From assembly GCF_036365525.1 (NCBI RefSeq), contig NC_090403.1:51399095-51463094 (forward strand): a stretch of 64,000 nucleotides of DNA. Reading direction: 5' to 3'. The notes beneath the pieces were generated by a model that was given only the letters and a program-made list of their open reading frames with translations, made no database searches and was not told the DNA's origin. Shown in pieces: positions 49,658 through 62,369 of this stretch. The DNA is from Heterodontus francisci. Taxonomy: Eukaryota. A program made the translations under genes and the position numbers. The number at the start of each line of letters is the position of its first letter. The stretch's first letter is position 1.

Positions 49658-50512
49658 AGCTCCGCACCTTTAAGGAAAATACCCACCCAGGAGTCCTCGC
49701 TGCCGACCAGCTTCCGGTTCCTCCGGCGCCAAAAGAAACTCAAAGACAAGGAAAACAGTAAGTAAAACAGTAAGTACTTACTTATAAAACACAGCTCCTG
49801 ATGCCTTCACTCACCCACCGAAGAGTCGCTACCTTCTCCTGCTGCTCCGCCGGGAAATGAGGCCGAGTCCACGGAGCTCCGCACCTTTAAGGAAAATACC
49901 CACCCAGGAGTCCTCGCTGCCGACCAGCTTCCGGTTCCTCCGGCGCCAAAAGAAACTCAAAGACAAGGAAAACAGTAAGTAAAACAGTAAGTACTTACTT
50001 ATAAAACACAGCTCCTGATGCCTTCACTCACCCACCGAAGAGTCGCTACCTTCTCCTGCTGCTCCGCCGGGAAATGAGGCCGAGTCCACGGAGCTCCGCA
50101 CCTTTAAGGAAAATACCCACCCAGGAGTCCTCGCTGCCGACCAGCTTCCGGTTCCTCCGGCGCCAAAAGAAACTCAAAGACAAGGAAAACAGTAAGTAAA
50201 ACAGTAAGTACTTACTTATAAAACACAGCTCCTGATGCCTTCACTCACCCACCGAAGAGTCGCTACCTTCTCCTGCTGCTCCGCCGGGAAATGAGGCCGA
50301 GTCCACGGAGCTCCGCACCTTTAAGGAAAATACCCACCCAGGAGTCCTCGCTGCCGACCAGCTTCCGGTTCCTCCGGCGCCAAAAGAAACTCAAAGACAA
50401 GGAAAACAGTAAGTAAAACAGTAAGTACTTACTTATAAAACACAGCTCCTGATGCCTTCACTCACCCACCGAAGAGTCGCTACCTTCTCCTGCTGCTCCG
50501 CCGGGAAATGAG
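49658..50512 (-). repeat. Tandem 217-bp monomer array (about 3.9 copies) forming the CR1 5' UTR
   Basis: agctccgcacctttaagg recurs at 49658, 49875, 50092 and 50309 (period 217); no differences seen between units. Confidence 0.97.
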
Positions 50513-50854
50513 CTGTGCAGGAAATTGAAATTCAGCATTTTAGGGTCAGCGCAGTTTTTCTTACTGTTTTCTGTTATGTGGGCTGATAAATGTGTTTAAG
50601 TATGACATTGTTTACTATAAATGCAACTCTGCTTGTTCACTCAACATTTGTAAGATAAACCAACTTGTTGATTTACATTTGGCCTCATCTTACTGAAGTG
50701 ATAAACAATCCTTTTGCAGGAGTGTAGAAATACACATACAGTATTCAGAAAGAAAGAACTTTGTTTATATAACTCATTTTACAATCACAGGATCTTCCAC
50801 AATGCTTCACAGCCAGTAAATACTTTTTGAAGTGTAATCAGCAAAGTAATATGG

Positions 50855-51770
50855 GTGAATTGACAGGGTAGATGCAGAGAGGATGGGCTGGATTTTGAGG
50901 AGCCCTTGACGTTGGGGTCCATGGCGGATGGGGACCTGAAGATGGCCCTGGATGAGGCCACCACGGACCTCGATGTCGGCAGGGCCCGGCCTGATCCTCC
51001 CAGCGGCAGCGTGGCACTGTGGCGGCCACCCGCTGCTGGGCGACGGGACCTGAATTAACATATGCAAATGAATAAAATTAATAAATTAACATGCACTTAT
51101 CTGGGGTCTTATGGGCCCGCTGTGATCTTCAGAGCAGCGGACAGCAGGCAGCTGATGCCATTGCCGAGGATGGACCGCCCGCCCCCTCCACAAGATCGGG
51201 GCGGTGGCCCACCCCACTATTTAAATGAGCCTCTACGTTTGAGATTGCGGCGGCTCTTTGGCGTGCGGCCTTCAGGGGCGGGCTGCCATTTTTCGGCGGC
51301 GAGTTTATAAAATCCAGCCCAATGTTTCCCTTTGGGATGGAAAATCTAAAACTAGGGGCATAGCTTCAGAATAAGGAGTCACCCATTGAAGACGGAGATG
51401 AGGAGGCATTTCCTCTCTGAGGGCCATGAATCTTTGGAATTCTTTACCCCAGAGAGCTGTGGAGGCGGAGTCTTTGACCATATATAATGGACATGTAATT
51501 CAGTCACACTACATCACACTACACTCCTGGTGACAGAGCCCTCAGTTACTATGACCCTGCCTCCTTCTGTGCTGTAACCATTCTATGATTCTATATTCAA
51601 GGCTGAGAGAAACAGATTCGTGAACTATAGGGGAGTCGAGGGTTATAGGGAACAAGCAGATAAGTGGAGTTGAGGCCAAGATCAGGTCAGCCCTGATTTT
51701 ATCGAATGGCAGAGCAGGCTCGAGGGGCTGTATGACCTATTGCTGCTCCTATTTCTTATGTTCTTACGTA
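50855..51770 (+). mobile_element. CR1 3' fragment interrupted twice
   Basis: CR1 sequence resumes after the MITE and after a roughly 110-bp insert at about 51486-51591; tail at 51680-51770. Confidence 0.8.
50885..51320. mobile_element. CpG-rich MITE (Harbinger-like) inserted in a CR1 fragment
   Basis: Perfect 12-bp TIRs GGGCTGGATTTT / AAAATCCAGCCC; the flanks rejoin as CR1 gatgcagagaggat-gtttccc. Confidence 0.8.
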
Positions 51771-52429
51771 AACAAGGCAGCTAATTTGTACATGGCAAGA
51801 TCCCACAAAAAAAGACCATTACCAGAAAGTCATGGGTATGTTTCTTAATCTATTTTGTTGGAACCAATAGAGCAGCATCAAGCTCCTCCAATGCCACAAA
51901 CCAATGACCAGTTCCCCTCTCGTGGTCCTTCTACAAGGGGGCACCACTAAAACAAGAAACTAAAAATTTATGCATGCATGCATAATTTTGTCCTGATTGT
52001 AAACAAAGACTGCATAGACTTAATGGTGGACCCAGTGTGATTCCACTCCAAGACCTCCCGTGCACCTACAAATTCTTGAGGGTCAAGCAGTCAAACCATC
52101 CCCTCCCATTCTTATTCTGGACCTATCGATGGCAACTCTCGCCGTGCTCAGGAACAGACTGAGCCCCAGGATCTCCTACAATTACTCATCACCATCCCTG
52201 CCACCATGCCAAGGGTAAGGAGTGTGGGGGTGAAAACTGCAACCTATGCAGTTATCTGGTTGAGGTCCAGGCAGTGGCTACAACTAGCCTCAGCGCCACT
52301 GGACTGGGAAGAAAAGAACAAAAAAAATTCCGGTTTCTTGCTCCTGATCAATGTACTGTGACCCTTGCTGGAAAGTGGACCTTCAATACAGGACAGGATT
52401 GCACATGGTTGGGATGTCCTCACAGGCAA

Positions 52430-54097
52430 TTTTTTTTTATTCATTCAGGGGATGTGGGTGTCACTGGCTAGGCCAGCATTTATTGCCCATCCGTAAATGC
52501 CCTTGAGAAGGTGGTGGTGAGCTGCCTTCTTGAACCACTGCAGTCCATGTGGGGTAGATATATCCACAGTGCTGTTAGGAAGGGAGTTCCAGGATTTTGA
52601 CCCAGCGACAGTGAAGGAATGGCGACATAGTTCCAAGTCAGGATGGTGTGTAGCTTGGAGGGCACCTTGCAGGTGGTGATGTTCCCAGGCATCTGCTTGT
52701 CCTTCTAGGTGGCAGAGGTTGTGGGTTTGGAAAGTGCTGTCTAAGGAGCCTTGGTGTGTTGCGGCAGTGCATCTTGTAGATGGTACACACTGCTGCCACT
52801 GTGCATCGGTGGTGAAGGGAGTGAATGTTGAAGGTGGTGGATGGGGTGCCAATCAAGTGGGCTGCTTTGTCCTGAATGGTATCAAGCTTCTCGAGTGTTG
52901 TTGGAGCTGCACCCATCCGGGCAAGTGGAGAGTATTCCATCATACTCCTGACTTGTGCCTTGTTGATGGTGGATAGGCTTTGGGGAGTCAGGAGGTGAGT
53001 TACTCGCCACAGGATTCCTAGCCTCTGACCTGCTCTTTTAGCCACAATATTTATATGGCTACTCCAGTTCAGTTTCTGCTCAATGATAACCCCCAGGATG
53101 TTGATAGTGGGGAATTTAGCGATCATAATGACATTGACAAGGGGAGATGGTTAGATTCTCTCTTGTGGGAGATGGTCATTGCCTGGCACTTGTGTGGCGC
53201 GAATGTTACTTGCCACTTATCAGCCCAAGCCTGGATATTGTCCAGGTCTTGCTGCATTTCTACACGGACTGCTTCAGTATATGAGGAGCCGCGAATGGTG
53301 CTGAACATTGGGCAATCATTAGCGAACACCCCCACTTCTGACCTTATGATTGGAGGAAGATCATTGATGGAGCAGCTGAAGATGGTTGGGCCTAGGACAC
53401 AACCATCTTCCTTTGCCCTAGGTACGACTCTACCCAGCGGAAAGTTCTCCCCCGATTCCCATTGACTTCAGTTTTGCTAGGGCTACTTGATACCATCTCA
53501 GTCAAATGCTGCCTCGATGTCAAGGGCAGTCACATTCACCCCACCTCATGAGTTCAGCTCTTTTGTCCATGTTTGAACCAAGACTGTAATGAGGTCGGGA
53601 GCAGAGTGGCCCTGACGGAGCCCAAACTGAGCATCACTGAGCAGGTTATTGCTAAGCAAGTGCTGCTTGATAGCACTGTCAATGACACCTTCCATCACTT
53701 TACTGATTGAGAGTAGACTGAAGGGTTGGTAATTGGCCAGGTTGGATTTGACCTTTTTATGTACAGGACATACTTGGGCAAATTTCCACATTGCCAAGTA
53801 GATGCCAGTGTTGTAGCTGTACTGGAAGAGCTTGGCTAGGGGTGCAGCAAATTCTGGAGCACAGGTCTTCAGTACCATTGCCGGAATATTGTCAGGGCCC
53901 ATAGCTTTTGCAGTATCCAGTGCCTTCAGTTGTTTCTTGATATCACATGGAGTGAATCGAATTGGCTGAAGGCATCTGTGATGCTGGGGACCTCGGGGAG
54001 GCTGAGATGGATCATCCATTTGATACTTTTGGCTGAAGATTGTTGCAAATGCTTCAGCCTTATCTTTTGCACTGATCTGCTGGGCTCCCCCATCAAT
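52430..54097 (-). mobile_element. Decayed CR1/L2-group LINE (RT region to 3' end)
   Basis: KAMGPDNIP..LKTCAPE, NYQPFSLLS, QFGLRQGHS, VFAND, QDLDNIQAWADKWQV; (tgaa)n plus A tail. Confidence 0.88.
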
Positions 54098-54486
54098 GTC
54101 CTGTGAATAGTCACAGTCTGGTCTCTCACACAAAGAACAACCAATTATGGGGAGTGTCAGAGGGCTGTTGGGATCCATGGAAGCAAATCCCAGAATGAAG
54201 GCAGCATCTTCAAGGGAAGGCAATAAATTGGCATTTAACTCTTGTTCGTTGAATAAATCTCAATGTTGGCTTAGACTAACTTTGCTGTACTATTCATAGA
54301 AGGAATAAAATGAAAGCTGTCATTCCAGTTATTGTCATTAATGCACTACCAGCATGAACAGGCCAGGATTGCACTGCTGCTTTTGGTGTCACTGGAGTGG
54401 GATCAATACTTGGGAGTAAAACAGTAGGACTCAGTAAACTCCTAATCCAGAGTAGTGAAATCAATTTGCCTGCTCATTTGTGGCTG

Positions 54487-54871
54487 GGGTTGCCAACTCT
54501 GGTTGAAGATATTCCTGGAGGTTTCATCACGTGACCTCCTCCCTCCAACTGCCCCGGTCCCACATTCATGCCATTGGTCATCCAACACATCCATATTTGC
54601 AATACACTGTCTTCCCAAAACCAATTGGAAAGGAAAAGACTTTCCAATATCCAGTTGCATGATTCTTGACTGCCAGTCACAGAATTTTCTCCCCATCGCC
54701 AATGTTTTTATAACTAATCAACAGAAGTGTTCAGAGAAAATGAAAAAAACATACTTTTAAAAAAAAAAATGCCCCTATAATTTTTCTCCAGAGTTTGCTC
54801 GTCAACAGTGTCCAGGAGATTAATCCTCAATTCTTGGAGACTCCAGGTCAATCCTGGAGGGTTGGCAACCA
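54487..54871. mobile_element. MITE with GGGTTGCCAAC TIRs
   Basis: gggttgccaactct ... agggttggcaacc; same family as 2377-2733. Confidence 0.7.
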
Positions 54872-55509
54872 ATGTTTCCTCTAAGTTGAACTATGCACGG
54901 CTGGGCAGCAATATGGAATGTAACACGCAGGGGACAATCAGGTTGTGCTTCCTTTAAGATGTGTGCATGCACGATATGCAGCGTAACAAATAGGCTGTGC
55001 AAAGCAAAGAGAAATTAGAGAGAACATTGTTGACAACAGTGTAGAGACCAGACGTTCAAGGAAACGGGCACAGGAATTAATGCCTCAAAAAACGAGGAGA
55101 AGTGGATGCTAGAAATATGATAATTGGGCATTAATTTATATAAACCAAAAAAAAGTTAAAACTATGTCAATGATATTGCGCATGCTCAATGCCCACGGCT
55201 TGACTCTGGTCGAGTTAAATAAAATTTTGCAACATTGTCACGCACTTGTAATTATTTTTTTTTCCTCGGATTAAAAACAATGTGTGTGTATTAAGACATT
55301 GTTAAAAACAGTGCACCCTTAACGGAGAGAAAATTCTGGAATTTCTGAGAGTGTGCAGCAGCTGCATTTTGTGACTCTGGGCAACAGCAGGAGAGAGAGG
55401 TCACATGGTGCAATGTGTCCACTTGGCTGTGTGTGGAACTGGCAGAAACCGGTTGAAACCAGTTAGTTCTGAGAGACTTTCCAACGAGGTGCAATGAAGA
55501 AAAGGAGCT

Positions 55510-58500
55510 ATTTTATTCTCTCTCAGCAAAAATCTGCACATCGACTGGGTAAACTTAATGAGCACTAATGCTGTGGAAGATGAGTTTCTGGAGTGTGTTA
55601 GGGATGGTTTTCTAGAGCAGTATGTTGAGGAACCAACTAGAGAACAGCCTATTTTAGATCTAGTATTATGTAATGAGAAACGGCTAATTAATAGTCTTGT
55701 TGTAAAAGAACCTTTAGGGATGAGTGACCATAATCTGATAGAATTTAACATTATGTTTGAAAGTGAGGTAGTTCAATCTGAAGCCAGGGTGTTAAATTTG
55801 AACAAAGGAAATTATGAAGGTACGAGGGGTAAATTAGCTGAGGTGGATTGGAAAAATACATTAAAAGGTATGACAGTACATAGGCAATGGATAGTCTTTA
55901 AAGAAATATTACATAGTTTACAGGACCTGTACATTGCTTCAAGGCACAAAAACCCCAAAAGTAAAGGCAGTCAACCGTGGATAACAAAGAAAATTAAGGA
56001 TTGTATTAGACTAAAAGGAAAGGCCTATAAAGCTGCCAGAAATAGTAGTAAACTTGAGGATTGGGAGGATTTTAGAATACAGCAAAGGAGGATGAAGAAA
56101 CTGATAAAGGGAAAATAGAATATGAATGCAAGCTAGCAAAAATATAAACGAGGACTGTAAAGGCTTCTACAGATATGTGAAAAGGAAGCGTTTGGCTAAG
56201 ACAAATGTAGGTCCATTACAGGCAGAGTCAGGAGAATTTATTATGGGGAATAGAGAAATGGCAGAGAAGCTAAATGATTACTTTGTGTCTGTCTTCACTG
56301 AGGAAGATACAAGAAATCTCCCAGAATTAGAGATCCAAGGGATTAGGGGGAATGAGGAATTGAAGGAAATTAGTATTAGTAAGAAGGTTGTACTGGAGAA
56401 ATTAATGGGGTTGAAGGTTGATAAGTCCCCAGGTCTTGATATTCGACATCCCAGAGTGTTGAAAGAGGTAGCTATGAAGCTATTGGATGCATTGGTGATC
56501 ATCTTCCAAAATTCTATATATTCTGGAGCGGTTCCTGCAGATTGGAATGTCACAAATATCACCCCATTATTTAAGAAGGGAGCGAGCGAGAAAACAGGGA
56601 ATTACAGACCTGTTAGCCTTACATCAGTCATTGGGAAAATGCTAGAATCTATTCTAAAGGATGTGATAAATGGACACTTGGATAATAATGTTCTGATTGG
56701 GCATAGTCAATATGGATTTATGAATGGGAAATCAGGTTTGACAAACCTGTTACTAACAGAATTGATAAAGGGGAGTCGGTGAATGTGGTATACTTGGATT
56801 TTCAGAAGGCTTTTGATGAAGTCCTCCACAGGAGGTTGGTTAGCAAAATTAAAGCACATGAGATAGGAGGTAATATACTGGCATGGATTAAGGATTGGTT
56901 AATGGGCAGAAAGTAGGAATAAACGGGTCATTCTTGCATTGGCAGGCTGTGACTAGTGGGGTTTGCAGGGATCAGTGCTTTGGCCCCAACTGTTCACAAG
57001 ATATATCAATTATTTGGATGTGGGGATGAAATGTAGTATTTCCAAGTTTGCAGATGACACAAAACTAGGTGGGAATGTCTGTTGTGAGGAAGATGCAAAG
57101 TGGCTTCAAGGGGATTTGGACAGACTTAGTGAGTGGGCAAGAATGTGGCAGATGGAATATAATGTGGAAAAATGTGAGGTTATCCACTCTGGTAGGATGT
57201 GCAGAGTATTTCTTAAATGTGAGAGATTAGAAAGTGTAGATGTACAAAGGGACCTGGGTGTCCTTGTCGATAAGTTACTGAAAGCTAACATGCAGGTGCA
57301 GCAAGCAATTAGGAAGGCTAATGGTATGTTGGCCTTTATTGCAAGAGGATTTGAGTACAGGAGTAGTGTAGTCTTGCTTCATTTGTATAGAACCTTGGTT
57401 AGATCGCACTTGGAGTACTGTGTGCAGTTTTGGTCTCCTTACCTTAGGGAGGATATTAATTGAACATACGGAGCAGGAGCAGGCCACCCGACCCTTCTAG
57501 CCCGCCCCGTTACCCAACAAACTCATGGCTGAACCGATTATTCTGCATTTCCACCTACCCCTGACAACCCCCCCCCCACCTCCCTGCTTACCAAGCATCT
57601 ATCTACCTCTGCCTTAAAAATATTCAAAGACTCTGCTTCCACCGCCTTTTGAGGAACAGAATTGCAAAGACTCACAACCCTCTGAGAGAAAAGATTTCTC
57701 CTCATCTCTGTCTTAAATGAGCAACCCCTTATTTTTAAACAGTGACCCCTAGTTCTAGATTCTCCCACAAAGGGAAACATCCTTTCCACATCCACTCTGT
57801 CAAGACCCCTTAGGATTTTATATGTTTCAATCAAGTCGCCTCTTACTCTTCTAAATTTCAGCAGATACAAGCCTAGCCTGTCCGATCTTTGCTCGTAAGA
57901 CAGCCCGCCCATTCCAGGTATTAGTCTACTAAACCTTCTCTGTACTGCCTTCAATGCATTCACATCCTTCCTTAAATAAGGAGATCAGTATTGTACACAG
58001 TACTCCAGATGTAGTTTCATCAATGCCCTGTATAGCTGAAGCATAACCTCCTTACTTTTGTATTCAATTCCCCTCACGATAAACGATAACATTCTATTAG
58101 CTTTCCTAATTACTTGCTGTACCTGCATACTAACCTTTTGTGATTCATGCACTAGGACACTCAGATCCCTCTGCATCTCAGAGCTCTGCAATATCTCATC
58201 ATTTAGATAATCTTTTTTTATTCTTCCTGCCAAAGTGGACAATTTCATACTTTCCCAGATTATACTCCATTTCCCAGGTCTTTGCCTATTCACTTAACCT
58301 ATCTGTTTCCTTTTGTAGCCTCATGTCCTCTTCACAAATTACTTTCCTACCTATCTTTGTGTCATTAGCAAATTTAGCAACCATACCTTCGGTCCCTTCA
58401 TCTAGGTCATTTATATAAATTGTAAAAAGTTGAAGCCCCAGCACAGATCCCTGTGGCACACCACACATTACATTTTTCCATAGAGGGAGTACAACGAAGG

Positions 58501-58957
58501 TTCACCAACCTTGTTCCCAGGATAGCAAAACTGTCCTATGAAGATTGGGGAAATTGGGCCTATATTCTCTAGAGTTTTGAAGAATGAAACCTACAAAATA
58601 CTTAAAGGGATAGACAGGGTAGATGGAGGTAAGATGTTTCCCCTGGTTGGGGAGTCTAGAACCAGGGGACACAATTTCAAAATAAGGGGGAAGCCACTTA
58701 GGACAGAGATGAGGAGAAATTTCTTTACTCAAAGGGTTGTGAATCTTTGGAATTCTCTACCCCAGAAGGGCAGTGGAAGCTCAGTCATTGAGTACGTTTA
58801 AAGTAGAGACTGACAGATTTCTAAATACAAATGACATAAAGGGATATGAGGATAGTGCGGGAAAAAGGCTTTGAAGTGGATGATCAGCCATGATCATATT
58901 GAATGGTGGGGCAGGCTCGATGGGCTCAATGGCCTACTCCTGCTCCTATATTCCTAT
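55510..58957 (+). mobile_element. Decayed CR1 ORF2 (APE C-terminal part to tail), interrupted at 57458-58469
   Basis: ORF pieces 55558-56118, 56126-56782, 56963-57463 and 58538-58801 are collinear with the intact ORF2. Confidence 0.92.
57458..58469 (-). mobile_element. CR1 3' fragment nested antiparallel in the previous CR1
   Basis: GVPQGSVLG, FANDTK, HLEYCVQY, QRRFSRLIPG on the minus strand. Confidence 0.9.
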
Positions 58958-59850
58958 AATATAGGAAATGAGGCAGCCAATTTGCACACAGCAAGCTCCT
59001 ACAAATAGCAATGTGATAGTGACCAGATGATCAATTTTTCAGTGATGTTGGTTGAGAGATGTATATTGACCAGGGCACCAGGGGTAACTCCCCTACTCTT
59101 ATAAAGTCATCGAGTCATTATAGCACAGAAGGAGGCTGTTTGGCCAATTGAGCCCCTGCCAGCTCTCTGCAGGGCAATTCAGTCAGTCCCATTCCCCTGC
59201 TCTAAACAATAGTCCTGCAAGTTTATTTCTTTCAAGTGTCCATCCAATTTCCTTTTGAAAACATTAATCATCTACCCTTCCACCACCCCCATCGGCATGA
59301 GTTCCAGGTCATTACCGCTCGCTGTGTAAAAAAAAATGTTCTTCCTCACATCCCCCCTGCATATCTTGCCCAACACCTTAAATCTGTGTTCCGTAATCCT
59401 TGTACCATCAACTAATGGCAAAGCTCTTCTTTGTCTACCTTATCTAAACGTGTCATAATCTTGTACACTTGTATGAAATCTCCCCGCAATTTCCTTTGCT
59501 CCAGGGAGAGAACAGTGCCATGGAATCATTTACGACCACCTGAGAGCCTCAGTTTAATGTTTCATCCGAAAAGAGTTCAGTGCTCCCTCAGTACTGACAC
59601 TGGGAGTGTCAGCCTGGGATTATCTGGTGGAGTCTCTGGAGTGGGATTTAAACCCACAATTTGCTGAGACAGGGGCTTGAGTCCTCCTGAGCCAACAAAC
59701 TTGATTTTTTTTTCTTTTAGAAGAATATTTAGAATAGTTATCCGGGTGGAAGAAAAAATAGCCCAGGATAAGGCTAACAACATTTTACATATTGACCAGA
59801 TAAATAAGTCAACTGCAGGGAATTTGCTGTCACCAATTTGCCCCTCTTAC

Positions 59851-59901
59851 CTGCAGTGACACTGCGCGGTGAACCAGACTCAGCGCCAGCAGCCCATTCA
59901 T
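59851..59901 (-). CDS. CISD3: Probable CISD3 first coding exon (MNGLLALSLVHRAVSLQ), presequence-like
   Basis: gcaATG with an upstream in-frame TGA, 17 codons, strong donor CAG|gtaaga, phase 0. Leu/Ser/Ala-rich with no acidic residues. Next to CpG-containing promoter-like sequence. Confidence 0.72.
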
Positions 59902-59989
59902 TGCACAGACGCTGTGTAAATTCACTCAGCCCAGTTTTGCCTTTTGAAAGGTTTGTTATTTGTGATCCTGTGTGGGCCAGGAAGGGCAA

Positions 59990-60200
59990 AAAGATTAAAC
60001 TGTAGCCGGAAGATGAAGCTGCAATGTCCGCCCCTTTTTATTGTGGTTCCCGGGTCACCAAATCGAAGTTAAAAGCAGGAGGACAAAGTGTCCCCGAGAC
60101 GTTTAAAAGTTTTTACAGAATAAAAGCAATCCAGGGACTGCACACTGGTATTTACTGAAGTTTCTTATCTCCACACCCCACCCCCCCCCCCCGCCCCCTT
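59990..60200 (-). promoter_or_regulatory. Candidate CISD3 promoter
   Basis: ETS core CCGGAAG at 60006-60012, GC boxes CCGCCCC at 60028-60034 and near 60190, locally retained CpGs, 100-300 nt upstream of the proposed ATG. Confidence 0.5.
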
Positions 60201-60515
60201 TCAGCTAAAATGGTCTTCTGATCCCCAGCACTTTCGAGGTTTACGAATGGTCCGTTAATTTGCAACATTATTTGTTGTAGCAAAAAACTTCCTTCTCCAA
60301 TTTCAAGAGTTCAGTGTTTATCTGAAATTTCTAATGGAGCATTCAGACAAATTTTCCTCCTTTTTTTTTTTTGCATCCTCACCCCTATTCTTCAGCTGCC
60401 TGCCACAGAGAGAATGCATGCACAACCATGGACCCAAGTACTCAGCACCAGAAACCATCCAGGTCTAAGACTTCCTCCTGATGGACAGCTGACCACCTCT
60501 TGGTCTGTTTTGTAG

Positions 60516-60945
60516 GTGTCAGCTGTGGCTCGGTGACTAGCACTCTTGCCTCTGAGCCTCAGAAGGTCCTGATGTATAGTCCCACTCCAGGGACTTGAGC
60601 AGAAAGTTCAGGCTGACACTCCCGGTGTGGTACTGAGAGAGTGTTGCAATGTCGGAGGTGCCCTCTTTCAGACGAGCATGTGAAACCGAGGCCTCTGTCT
60701 GCCCTCTCAAATCCCGTGGTACTATTTCGAAGAGTTCTCCCCGGTGTCATGCTGCATCAAATCGACTAAAACAGATTACCTGGCCATTATGACACTGCTG
60801 TTTGTGGGAGCTTGCTGTGTGCAAATTGGCTGCCATGTTTCCCACATTAGACCAGTGTCTAACTTCAAAAGTACTTCAGTGGCTGTAAGGGCTTTAGGAT
60901 GTCCTGAGGTTGCAACAGGTGCAATATAAATGCACGTTTGTCTTT
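60516..60945 (+). mobile_element. Deu-domain SINE
   Basis: Head gtcagctgtggctcggtg, core and tail. Confidence 0.82.
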
Positions 60946-62369
60946 TCTGTTTAACTGATTTCAGTCAGGGGGTGAGCAGGAGGTTTGGGGGGCGGGGGAG
61001 GGTTTCTACAATTACCCTCAGTATCACAAGGCAACAGAGGAAAAATATTGGCTGAGATTCATGCAGCTGACCTCTGCTGAACGGGGACACGCGTATACCT
61101 AAGATGAAGGCGCAATCAGACCTAGCTGTGATGCCCTATGTGGTTGAATAGTCCCCTAACATTCACAGTTGAGGCTTCCACATCATGAATTACCACTTGA
61201 ATGAGGTACCAGAGAACAATAGAGATGCCTGGAATCATTCCTCAGAACAAATCAGAAAAGGGGAAGGAGGATATTGGCAGAAAATGGAAGGGGTGGGGAG
61301 GTGGGGGAGAAAGTGTGCCTGCTGAATTCAATTTAATTTAGACTGAGCGCCATAAAGTCACAGATGGAGAGTGTCTGTAATGAACCTATACTAGAATAAA
61401 AATTTAGAATAGTTGAAAAGTTGTAAGTCTGAGCAAACTTTGTATGACTTGATTTTGTCATTTTAAGACCAGCTGTGTAAAGGCAACTTAAGATTTTAAA
61501 AGCAAAAAAGGGAAATTTCTTGAGCACAACCCGGTTTACATACTAAAGAAATGCTTGCAGTGACTGTATAGAATCTCTTAGTCAGCTGGGACTGTATCCC
61601 CCTGAGCACTGGCTGTTGCAGGTTAGCCTCTGTACCAGACCAAAGAAGCAAGTCCCATATAAATGAATAATGCTGCTTCAAGCATGCTGTCCCTGTAAAT
61701 TAGGGCACCACCAGGATGCCCCAGGATCTACAATGGTGCATATCCACGTCAAGAACAGTGACTTTGGTCAGGAGACAAATTCATATTTTCTACAGAATAC
61801 AGACAGTGCAAAACTTCTTTTATCATTCTTGGGGTATGGGTGCCATTGGCAAGGCCAGTATTTGTTGCCATTCCCAGTCACCTTGCGATGGTGGGGGCCG
61901 CCTTCTTGAACCGTTACAGTCCGTGTGGATGCGTGGTAGCGGTTTGATACAAATGAATGACTTACTAGGCCACTGTAGAAGACAATTAACTCCAAATGTA
62001 GTTTGTTGGTAGGAAAGTGCTTTGTGACAAGGGAGCCAGGTTCCTCTCTGAGATTCGTGCATTAAAACTTGAGCCTGAATTTAAAAGATAGCTTTATAAT
62101 ATTATAAATAACACTCGGGCACAAACAAAAGGTGAAATAAATAATGGAATTGGATGAAAACTTGGAAAGGAAACTATTGCAGGGCTAAGGGGATAGAGTG
62201 GTAGCTCTTTCAGAGAGCCGGCACAGACACAATGGGCCGAATAGCCTCCATTCTGTGCAGTATCATTCTGTGATCCAAGAATCACTTTGTTATGGCAGAG
62301 CTCAATTCGATTTGGCACAGTTACTGTTGGGTCTGGTCATTAGAGGAAAATGCTCTTTAAAAAAAAAAG

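Larger units (their letters stand above)
45558..50512 (-). mobile_element. Full-length, apparently intact CR1 LINE in CISD3 intron 1
   Basis: 5' monomer array, uninterrupted ORF1 and ORF2, short 3' UTR with GGCC-GAAG-GGCC stem-loop and (TTCTATG)n tail; CpGs retained. Confidence 0.96.

Noticed and set aside
49658-50512. CRISPR-like array
   Set aside because: Units are contiguous with no unique spacers, there are no cas genes, and the context is a eukaryotic LINE.
45550-50515. TSD for the full-length CR1
   Set aside because: The only match (gaaat) is also part of the monomer, so it cannot be separated from microhomology.
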